This document shows, piece by piece, positions 18,501 through 23,971 of a stretch of 64,000 nucleotides of DNA. Each line of letters begins with the position of its first letter. Positions within the stretch are counted from its first letter, which is position 1. The position numbers were made by a program, and so were the translations under genes. The stretch is from a bacterium. GTDB taxonomy: Bacteria > Planctomycetota > Planctomycetia > Isosphaerales > Isosphaeraceae. The notes under the pieces were generated by a model. The model had not been told where the DNA came from and did not search any database. It worked only from the letters and a program-made list of their open reading frames with translations. The stretch is from positions 16,745-80,744 of the forward strand of contig WGMM01000029.1 in the NCBI GenBank assembly GCA_016125085.1. Reading direction: 5' to 3'.

Positions 18501-19192
18501 ATCCGAACACGCTCATCGCGATGAACAACCTCGCCGGGACGTACAATGTCGTCGGGAAGCCGGACCTGGCCCAGCCCGTCGCCGAGGAGGCGCTGGAGCT
18601 CGCGAAGGCTGCGCTCGGCTCCGAGCACCCCATCACGCGCAATGCCCAGAATATACTGGACTTGGCGCGGCGGCTGCTGGACGCCGAAGATCGGTATCGA
18701 CGCGAGCGGGAGGCCCACGGGCCCGGGCACATCGACGCCCTGCTCGCCCTGCGTGACGTAGCCCAGTTGAAGCTGGGCCGAAATCAACTCGACGAAGCCG
18801 AGCGGCTTCTCGACGAGGTGCTCAAAGGGATCGCGGACCGGCCGGCCGATGACACGGCGCGGGCGCCCACCGTCGACCTCGTGGTGAAGTGCCTTGCCGC
18901 CCGTACCAGGACGGATCCCGACGCATGGACGGTGTACCGCACGAAGTCAATGCTCGGCGGGGCGATGCTCGGCCAGAAGAATTACGCCCAGGCCGGGCCG
19001 CTGCTCCTGGCGGGTTACGAGGGGCTGAAGCAGCGCGAGTCATCAATCCCGGAGCCGGCCCGGGCCTGCCTGCCCGAGGCGCTCGACCGCCTGATCTCGC
19101 TCTCCACCGCCACGAACCAGCCGGACGAGGTCAAGAAATGGCAAGCCGAGCGGGCGAAGTACCCCATGGCGAAACCCGAAAGCCTGAAATGA
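15548..19192 (+). CDS. Ser/Thr protein kinase with transmembrane segment, coiled-coil and TPR repeat domain
   Basis: Kinase motifs are present: GEGGMGSVWRA, VAVKLIK, HRDIKPSNVLI, DFGVAKA, GTPQYMSPEQ. A TM segment follows (LTTTAALALLLVAGVAASTW), then an Ala/Glu/Arg-rich coiled coil and 42-residue TPR-type units. Confidence 0.9.
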   Translation: MNELDLFAAAIAIDDSRERDALLDRECAGRPELRLRLDELLVEHFRIDPRSDRPGCEPTTSLSATEAGDMGTQIRWKPADDVEMDKTFIDRPQDYAEPGIFGPGDRDKNEQAGTVIAGKYTLAEVIGEGGMGSVWRARQTEPVKRFVAVKLIKAGMDSRQVLARFEAERQALAMMDHPNIAKVLDGGLHQGRPYFVMELVKGIPITDYCDRKRLTPKERLDLFVPVCQAIQHAHQKGIIHRDIKPSNVLIALYDDRPVVKVIDFGVAKATGGALTDQTLDTGFGGVVGTPQYMSPEQATFNNLDVDTRSDVYALGVLLYELLTGSPPFSRDELEKRGVLEMLRVVREEEPPRPSTKLSTADALPSLSANRSTVPSKLAGLLRNELDWIVMKALEKDRSRRYETANGFAADVQRYLAGEAVLAHPPSTGYRLRKFARKHRVGLTTTAALALLLVAGVAASTWQAVRATRAEAAARLAEGVAVRAQRAEAERAEGERLARLDAQARKAEAERAQIRAEAGEALAGERLVQVEAEKKKAEEEQQIAQAVKVFLLNKLLAQTDVSQQADALLKAGGTATEARPNPTIRELLDRAARELAPDRIEQSFPGQPRVQSEILATVGNAYRGIGEFPAAIEFLKRSEALCRQHGGPEHPSTLNRMHLLALAYEAAGKPMLAVPLFEETLRIRRATLGPEHQDTLNTMSSLAGAYSSAGEADLAVSLHEETLRIRRATLGPEHHDTIAGMSNLALAYRHAGKVDLAVPLATEALRLTKAKLGPDHPDTLSGMSNLGMLYKVAGKPGLALPLYEEALRRQKAKLGPENPSTLTTMNSLAAAYLDAGKADLGLPLMEETVKLRRATLGPEHPRTLDSMGNLALAYNMAGKADLAMPLIEETLKLRRATLGPEHPRTLDGMRILAGTYNAAGKADLAVPLYEETLRRQQAKLGPEHPDTLTTMASLAVAHLATGRADLGLPIFEETLKLNKSRLGAENPNTLIAMNNLAGTYNVVGKPDLAQPVAEEALELAKAALGSEHPITRNAQNILDLARRLLDAEDRYRREREAHGPGHIDALLALRDVAQLKLGRNQLDEAERLLDEVLKGIADRPADDTARAPTVDLVVKCLAARTRTDPDAWTVYRTKSMLGGAMLGQKNYAQAGPLLLAGYEGLKQRESSIPEPARACLPEALDRLISLSTATNQPDEVKKWQAERAKYPMAKPESLK
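17370..18660 (+). repeat. about ten 42-residue (126-nt) TPR-like units in the kinase C-terminal domain
   Basis: The unit recurs as LA.AY..AGK.DLA.PL.EETL..RRA.LGPEHP.TL..M..L. LGPEH-type motifs were counted ten times. Confidence 0.8.
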
Positions 19193-19683
19193 AGCCCGAC
19201 GACTTCCTGCCGCAGGTATACGAGGAGCTTCGCCGGCTCGCGGCGGCGAGGATGGCGACGGAGAAGCCCGGCCAGACGCTCGACGCGACGGGGTTGGTCC
19301 ACGAGACCTTCCTCAAGCTCGGCGGCGACCGCTCGTTCGCCACCCGGGCCGACTACCTGAAGGCCGCCGCCGTCGCCATGCGGCGGATCCTCGTCGATCG
19401 CGCTCGGGCCCGCAACGCGGCCAAGCGCGGCGGCGGGCGGCGCGTCGACCTCGAATCGCACCACCTCGCCATCGAGCCCGCGGCCGACTTCGAGACACTT
19501 GACGCCGCTCTTTCCCGCCTCGCCATCGAACACCCTCGCATCGCGGAACTCATCCAGCTCCGATACTTCGGCGGGTCGACCCTCGCCGAGTGTGCCGAAA
19601 TCCTTGGCGTGTCGGAACGCACGGCCGACACGTGGTGGGCTTACGGGCGAGCCTGGCTCGCGGTCGCTCTCAAGGATGACTGA
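19189..19683 (+). CDS. ECF-type RNA polymerase sigma factor (kinase-associated, ECF43/TIGR02999-like)
   Basis: The translation is MKPDDFLPQVYEELRRLAAARMATEKPGQTLDATGLVHETFLKL...IAELIQLRYFGGSTLAECAEILGVSERTADTWWAYGRAWL. ATG 19189-19191 overlaps the kinase TGA 19190-19192 (ATGA). The longer track ORF starting at 18889 is an out-of-frame read-in over the kinase. Confidence 0.85.
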   Translation: MKPDDFLPQVYEELRRLAAARMATEKPGQTLDATGLVHETFLKLGGDRSFATRADYLKAAAVAMRRILVDRARARNAAKRGGGRRVDLESHHLAIEPAADFETLDAALSRLAIEHPRIAELIQLRYFGGSTLAECAEILGVSERTADTWWAYGRAWLAVALKDD

Positions 19684-20313
19684 CCCGAGCGTGCGTGACC
19701 GACGGAGTTCAGGCATCTCACAGCCATCGATCGCCCCTCATGACGCGACCGCAACATCATCGACTCGCACGGCGAGCCGTATGGAGGATGACCTGGTGAT
19801 TGCCTGGAATCGATCTTTCGGATGGACCCTTCCGGGTCATCCGAAGGCAGGCAATAACACTGACCAATATCACGGTCGCCATGCTCGGCTCGAATTCGCA
19901 ACCGACTGACGAGCCACAACTTCTGATCGACTTGACGTCCTTCATCGATGACATGGGCCGTGGTGCTTTCCCCGCTGCGGCAACCGGGATGCCCAGACGC
20001 CGAGGAACGGAGGGCTCACTTCATGTGGGCCGTGGTTCACAACGGGACTGAATCGCTGCCGTGGAGATTGTCGGGGTTCTCCAGGCGTCAGTCGATTTCT
20101 GTTCGGCCGATCCGCTCGATTGACGACGACTTCTTGGGTGCCCGCACGGTCTTCACCCAGCCTCATGAGCTTGCTCGTCGTTCACTGGCATGAGGTCGCG
20201 CAGCGATCGACGTCCAAGTCGCAAAGGCTCGCGAGATGCTCTCGCCGGCACTGCAGGCTGGGCTTCGCGGCCTGGAGAATTACGCCGCCGATCTTTTCAG
20301 GCGGAAGGGCCGT

Positions 20314-20408
20314 GACTGACAGCGCTTCAGCGTACATGGCCACGTCGGCGTGGTATCATCATGCGAGTGGCTTGCGCGTGGCCGGGCTGCTGAGCTTCGG
20401 CGTTCTGC
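20314..20408 (+). repeat. attC-like site A (degenerate)
   Basis: Layout: GACTGAC(20314)-AGC-GCTtCAGC(20324-20331)...GCTGAGC(20389-20395)-TTCGGC-GTTCTGC(20402-20408). It forms a 7-bp stem with a bulged T, and the L'-6nt-R' layout matches site D. Confidence 0.4.
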
Positions 20409-20424
20409 GGTGGAGGGCGCTCGG

Positions 20425-20778
20425 ATGGATTCGCAGGTCGCTTACCCTCGCCTATGGCAGATGTTCGGGGCGTTCTTCCACCAGGACTGGGACTTCGAGG
20501 GTGACGACTGGCCGGACCTCGTCCGCAACTTCGCCGGCGTCAAGCCGCAGGCGGAACTGGACGCCACGGCCGCGGAACTGGACCGGCTCCTGGCCGATCT
20601 CCCCGACGATGCGGCCTTGGACCGCGAGTTGTACGACGTGCTGGGCTGCTCGTTCCTGCCGCGGCCGGACCTCGGTGGGCCGACGGTGCGGGTATGGCTC
20701 GGGCAGATTGCCACGTTCCTGCGCGGCGGCGCACAAGACGCCGAACCAGGTGCTGCATCTGACCGGCGAGGCATATAG
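20425..20778 (+). CDS. contact-dependent-inhibition (CdiI_2-like) immunity protein
   Basis: MDSQVAYPRLWQMFGAFFHQDWDFEGDDWPDLVRNFAG...ELDRLLADLPDDAALDRELYDVLGCSFLP. The YP.L...FGAYFHQDW motif is what I remember for this immunity family. The ATG is 22 nt after core A. Confidence 0.55.
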   Translation: MDSQVAYPRLWQMFGAFFHQDWDFEGDDWPDLVRNFAGVKPQAELDATAAELDRLLADLPDDAALDRELYDVLGCSFLPRPDLGGPTVRVWLGQIATFLRGGAQDAEPGAASDRRGI

Positions 20779-20829
20779 GCTTTCCCAGGGTTCAAGCTCC
20801 CTCAGCCCCGTCGGCAGGTGAGCCAGGTC

Positions 20830-20836
20830 GTTAGGT
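20830..20836 (+). repeat. GTTAGGT core-like box B (no convincing R''/stem found)
   Basis: caggtcGTTAGGTgccagATG lies 5 nt upstream of the ATG at 20842. Only a weak hairpin, GCTCCCTCAGCC/GGCAGGTGAGC, lies upstream. Confidence 0.3.
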
Positions 20837-20841
20837 GCCAG

Positions 20842-21228
20842 ATGGAACTTCCAGGCGAGCTCATAGCCAAGGCATCCCGGCGAGGAAACGAATACGCCTG
20901 GGCGCCAAGCGATTTCCCGGCTGTCCTGTCGAGAGCTGAGGAGCTTGGATTCGCTTGTTTGGGCGGCCAGTTTCAGTTTCGGACGCCAGATGCGACCTGC
21001 GAGATGTACTGGCTAAGTGCCGATGCGGCTGAAAGGCGGCCCGGCGAGTCGTGGCAAACGTACGTGTCACGCTCATCCGCAGAGGTTCTCGATCATTTCA
21101 GTTCGTTGCTCAAGACCACTGACTTTCGCGCTGAGGCAATGAGCTGGCCGGACGTGCCGGAGTTGTCCGGTGTAAGTGCTCAGCCAGAGCCCCATCTGTG
21201 CTTTGTCGCATACTTCGTCAATAAGTGA
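20842..21228 (+). CDS. polymorphic-toxin immunity protein-like (Imm40-like)
   Basis: MELPGELIAKASRRGNEYAWAPSDFPAVLSRAEELGFACLGGQFQFRTPDATCEMYWLSADAAERRPGESWQTYVSRSSAEVLDHF. This resembles the Imm40-type pattern as I recall it (NE.AW ... LGG ... ESW..YV.RS..E). The track ORF starts at 20818; the ATG at 20842 is preferred. Confidence 0.5.
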   Translation: MELPGELIAKASRRGNEYAWAPSDFPAVLSRAEELGFACLGGQFQFRTPDATCEMYWLSADAAERRPGESWQTYVSRSSAEVLDHFSSLLKTTDFRAEAMSWPDVPELSGVSAQPEPHLCFVAYFVNK

Positions 21229-21233
21229 CCGGC

Positions 21234-21260
21234 ACCTGACTACTCGCTCAAGCGTTAGGC
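21234..21260 (+). repeat. attC-like site C (very short, probably truncated)
   Basis: Layout: ACCTGAC(21234)-13 nt-GTTAGGC(21254). ACCTGA is complementary in 5 of 6 positions to TTAGGT, which opens this cassette at 20831. Confidence 0.35.
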
Positions 21261-21392
21261 CGCGCGAACGAAGCCGGAAATCGCAATTCATCATCTGCGG
21301 AAGCGGTTCGGAGAAAACCGGCACAAACTCGTTGCATCAGCCGGGCTTGTTGGTCAAATTGAACGAATCTCGCAGTTCGTCCGCAAGAACGT

Positions 21393-21443
21393 GCCTTACC
21401 CGGCGCTTCAGCGGCCCCGGTCCGCTGAGCTTGTGCGTTAGGC
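21393..21443 (+). repeat. attC-like site D
   Basis: Layout: GCCTTAC-CCGGC-GCTtCAGCGG-CCCCGGT-CCGCTGAGC-TTGTGC-GTTAGGC. The R boxes pair at 6 of 7 positions. The L stem is 9 bp with one extrahelical T, flanked by unpaired spacers of 5 and 6 nt. Confidence 0.6.
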
Positions 21444-21479
21444 GGCTCGGGTCGCCCCCTTCGCGCATCGGAGGTTTAT

Positions 21480-21824
21480 GTGGGCAGCCGGGCTTCTGTT
21501 TCTGTCCGCGGGCTCATGCTCGTCGTGGCCTTGGTCGCCATCTCGTTCTGGGCGTTCGATACCGTCCGGATGAACCGGCGGTCGGAGCGGTACCGTAGCT
21601 ACGCGGCCTACAACGATGAGATGGTCCGACGTTGCCGCGACATCGTTGCGATGGATCCGATCGAGCGAGCCAGGAAGTCCGTGGAGGCATACGACGACCC
21701 TTACCTCTTTAACCCCGCCTGGACGAAGGAGATGATCTCTTACCATTCGAGGGTGCGCGACATCTTCGCACACGCGGCCGAGCACCCGCGTGAGCCATTG
21801 CCACCACACCCGCAGAACCCGTGA
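21480..21824 (+). CDS. small membrane-anchored hypothetical protein
   Basis: 114-aa ORF with an N-terminal TM segment (LMLVVALVAISFWAF). I recognise no family. Confidence 0.45.
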   Translation: MGSRASVSVRGLMLVVALVAISFWAFDTVRMNRRSERYRSYAAYNDEMVRRCRDIVAMDPIERARKSVEAYDDPYLFNPAWTKEMISYHSRVRDIFAHAAEHPREPLPPHPQNP

Positions 21825-21838
21825 GCAAGGCCGGGATC

Positions 21839-21940
21839 ATCAAACCTCGCGCTGCAGCGGCCCCGGCCCGCCGCGACGCAAACAGTGCTTCATGTAAGAC
21901 TTCCCTCGGCGGTCCGGTCCGCTGAGCTTGGTCGTTATCC
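21839..21940 (+). repeat. attC-like site E
   Basis: Layout: ATCAAAC-CTCGC-GCTgCAGCGGcCCCGG ... CCGGtCCGCTGAGC-TTGGTC-GTTATCC. There is an alternative local hairpin, CTCGGCGG-TCCGGT-CCGCTGAG. Confidence 0.5.
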
Positions 21941-21952
21941 AACAGAGATTCA

Positions 21953-22303
21953 ATGACTCCCGAGCAATTCAACGAGGCAATCCAAATGCTTCGTAGTACC
22001 GACCCAATGACATACGAAGACGGCTACCATTGGCTTCAAGGCGACAATCTCATCCAATATGCTCCACAGATCGTTGAGATACTGCTATCTGAAGACGATC
22101 CCAACATACGGGCTAAGTTTGTGGAGCTGGTCGGTGATGCAGACCTGCCAGAACACATACCACTGCTCGTTCAAGAACTGTCGCACACAGCCCACGAAGT
22201 ACGATCCTGGGCATACAATCAACTCTCACTTTCAGAACATGAATCTGCGAGAGCCCAGGCGGAACGATACCGACAATCACATCCAGATGAAGACTTCTAC
22301 TAA
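21953..22303 (+). CDS. small HEAT-repeat-like protein (possible immunity protein)
   Basis: MTPEQFNEAIQMLRSTDPMTYEDGYHWL...DPNIRAKFVELVGDADLPEHIPLLVQELSHTAHEVRSWAYNQLS. The segment is visibly more A/T-rich than its flanks. The ATG is 18 nt after the cassette boundary. Confidence 0.5.
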   Translation: MTPEQFNEAIQMLRSTDPMTYEDGYHWLQGDNLIQYAPQIVEILLSEDDPNIRAKFVELVGDADLPEHIPLLVQELSHTAHEVRSWAYNQLSLSEHESARAQAERYRQSHPDEDFY

Positions 22304-22313
22304 CGGATATGCT

Positions 22314-22404
22314 GGATAACAATCGGTTCAACCGGTGCCGCGGGCCGCGCGGTTTCTGATAACGATGTGGGTTGGCCGTGGCCCGGTTAACCGAAGCGTT
22401 AGGT
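22314..22404 (+). repeat. attC-like site F
   Basis: Layout: GGATAAC-AA-TCGGTTcAACCGGtGCC (22323-22339) ... GGCCCGGTTAACCGA (22380-22394)-AGC-GTTAGGT. The stem is 15 bp with two bulged bases on the 5' arm. GGATAA is the exact complement of TTATCC at the 5' end of this cassette (21935). Confidence 0.6.
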
Positions 22405-22415
22405 GGTTCTCCCCG

Positions 22416-22697
22416 ATGCTGGCCAATTGGATCTTCACCGAGAACCTCCGGCCCTTCCTCATATCACTCGGCTGGTTCGTCGGCTATGAATTCGACCCGG
22501 ATGACTGGACGGCGATCCGCTACGGCATCGAAGCCACCGATCAGGAGGCCGATCGTTGGTTCGAGTATGAGTTCGCTGGCCGGCAACGGGCCGCTTTCCG
22601 GCTCGCTTGTGATCCCGGTACTTCGGTCGTTCACGTCCGAGTCGAAGTCCCTGCGGCCCTCGTCCCCAAGGTTGAGGCTGCAATCGCCATCTTCTAG
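22416..22697 (+). CDS. hypothetical protein (cassette cargo)
   Basis: An ATG at 22416, 17 nt after core F, gives MLANWIFTENLRPFLISLGWFVGYEFDPDDWTAIRYGIEATDQEADRWFEYEF.... The track start at 22335 lies inside attC-like site F. Confidence 0.45.
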   Translation: MLANWIFTENLRPFLISLGWFVGYEFDPDDWTAIRYGIEATDQEADRWFEYEFAGRQRAAFRLACDPGTSVVHVRVEVPAALVPKVEAAIAIF

Positions 22698-22718
22698 GAG
22701 TTCCGCATCCAGGCCTAC

Positions 22719-22820
22719 TCCTAACCGCTCGCTGAAGCCGGCCCCGGTACCGCCGTGGCGCTCGATGGTCGTGCAAAAGTTCCTCTCGGCGGTCCGGTCC
22801 GCTGAGCTTGTTCATTAAGC
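22719..22820 (+). repeat. attC-like site G
   Basis: Layout: TCCTAAC-CGCTC-GCTGAAGCCGGCCCCGG ... CCGGTCCGCTGAGC-TTGTTC-ATTAAGC. The right half is nearly identical to site E. Confidence 0.5.
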
Positions 22821-22838
22821 CGGTTGAGGACGCAGGGG

Positions 22839-23120
22839 ATGGCGAACCGAAGCTTGATCTGCCCAATTTGTGGCATTATGCAACGGGTTGCCTGCGAGTC
22901 GCTCCGGGGTCCTGTGGGCATTGCACCCTGGCCATCGCATTGTGGGCGGCCGATGCTGATTCTTGGCTATCGGCAGTCTCAAGCGGCGACGCAACTCACA
23001 ACAGTCAAGCGTATCCGGTGGGTTGCCCTCGGTGGACCAATCCGCCAGGGACGCGGGCGCAAACGGTGGTTGCCCATTCTTTCCGAGGATCGACTGGGTG
23101 AGCGGTTCCCTTCCAGTTGA
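22839..23120 (+). CDS. small zinc-ribbon-like hypothetical protein (cassette cargo)
   Basis: MANRSLICPICGIMQRVACESLRGPVGIAPWPSHCGRPML..., with a CPICG ... HCG pair. The ATG is 24 nt after the cassette boundary. Confidence 0.4.
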   Translation: MANRSLICPICGIMQRVACESLRGPVGIAPWPSHCGRPMLILGYRQSQAATQLTTVKRIRWVALGGPIRQGRGRKRWLPILSEDRLGERFPSS

Positions 23121-23123
23121 GCC

Positions 23124-23192
23124 TCCTAAGGCAGGCCGATCCAGGTGGGTTGCAGCGGACCCATCTGTGCAGATCGGCTGGGTTCGTTAGAT
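23124..23192 (+). repeat. attC-like site H
   Basis: Layout: TCCTAAG-G-CAGgCCGATC ... GATCGGCTG-GGTTC-GTTAGAT. It forms a long imperfect hairpin over 23132-23180 with a bulged G. The stem sequence is unrelated to that of sites D, E and G. Confidence 0.45.
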
Positions 23193-23539
23193 TGGCTAGT
23201 GTCACACCCGGCAGACTGATCCGGAGAGCTTGTCGTTCGACTGCAAAGGGCTTCGCGTTGGAAAACCTTCGACAATACGGGCTGGTCCACATCCGGAAAT
23301 TGCTCCTCCCGCCCGCTGAGTACGATGGGTGGCGGGTCAACAAAAGGCATCCGGCCGTGGGCGATATGGGTGCACTACTCGAAATTCTGACCGCTCCCGG
23401 CCTTCCGGATCGGTATGTGGTCGAGTCGTCGGGGCCGGACGGTGTAACGGTGTGGCTCGGGGACTTCGCGGCCGAGGAGCTTGAGCCGTTGGGTAGTGGT
23501 GTCGCCGAACCAGACGCCTCAGCAGACGGCCATGGCTGA
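23192..23539 (+). CDS. hypothetical protein (start uncertain, TTG at 23192)
   Basis: This is the frame of track ORF 23117..23539. The first start after core H is TTG at 23192. I recognise no family. Confidence 0.3.
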   Translation: MASVTPGRLIRRACRSTAKGFALENLRQYGLVHIRKLLLPPAEYDGWRVNKRHPAVGDMGALLEILTAPGLPDRYVVESSGPDGVTVWLGDFAAEELEPLGSGVAEPDASADGHG

Positions 23540-23581
23540 CAGGTTTCCGGGAGTTCGTAGCTCACTCAGCCCCCGCTGTCG

Positions 23582-23869
23582 ATGAGCCTTGTCGTCAGGC
23601 GGAAGGTATCGATGCTCGAACGACAGCTTGCACATCTGGTTTTCCTGCGTCGCGGTTCCGTGCTTCTGGTCAAGCGGCCCGAAGCCGACTGGCGTCAGCT
23701 CCAGGACGAATACGACGGATTCATGACGTCGCTTGGCCCCTGGCCGAAAGAGGACATCTGCGAGTACTTCTCGATCGAGTACGGGCCGGACGATCGCCGT
23801 TGGCCATTCACACGACCGGATGTTGCGGAGTTTATGCGGGCGACTGACCGACTTGTGCTGGAGTCGTGA
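23582..23869 (+). CDS. hypothetical protein
   Basis: 95-aa ORF with ordinary composition. I recognise no family, and no attC-like element follows it. Confidence 0.3.
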   Translation: MSLVVRRKVSMLERQLAHLVFLRRGSVLLVKRPEADWRQLQDEYDGFMTSLGPWPKEDICEYFSIEYGPDDRRWPFTRPDVAEFMRATDRLVLES

Positions 23870-23971
23870 TCCTGGTTGAAGCCGTCGATGTCCGTTTCGG
23901 ACGTGTTCAGGAGGTCCAGGCACAGAGCCTTGATCGGATTCAATGCCTGGACCGTAAACGGCACTCAGACA

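Larger units (their letters stand above)
20314..23192 (+). mobile_element. candidate integron-type gene-cassette array (attC-like junctions, no IntI seen; CALIN-like)
   Basis: Eight consecutive small + strand ORFs are separated by elements with R''-spacer-L''-loop-L'-spacer-R' geometry ending in GTTRRRY-like cores. Each next ORF starts 5-42 nt after the core. See findings. Confidence 0.55.

Noticed and set aside
18889-19188. N-terminal 100 codons of track ORF 18889..19683.
   Set aside because: This part is out of frame over the 3' end of the kinase gene and is Arg/Pro-rich. Sigma-factor-like sequence begins only at ATG 19189.
19819-19843. Hairpin CGGATGgACCC-TTCC-GGGTCATCCG with a bulged G, considered as another attC-like site.
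   Set aside because: No RYYYAAC-like or GTTRRRY-like boxes flank it at the expected spacing.
20056-20078. gtggagattgtcggggttctcc as a possible direct repeat of the tRNA-Ala 3' end (tggagacgatcgggatcgaacc), marking the left island boundary.
   Set aside because: Only about 13 of 21 positions match by eye. That is too weak to call without an alignment tool.
20120-20821. Track ORF of 233 aa overlapping the CdiI-like gene.
   Set aside because: It is an alternative frame with Arg/Ser/Trp-rich junk composition. It spans attC-like site A and the immunity-like CDS.
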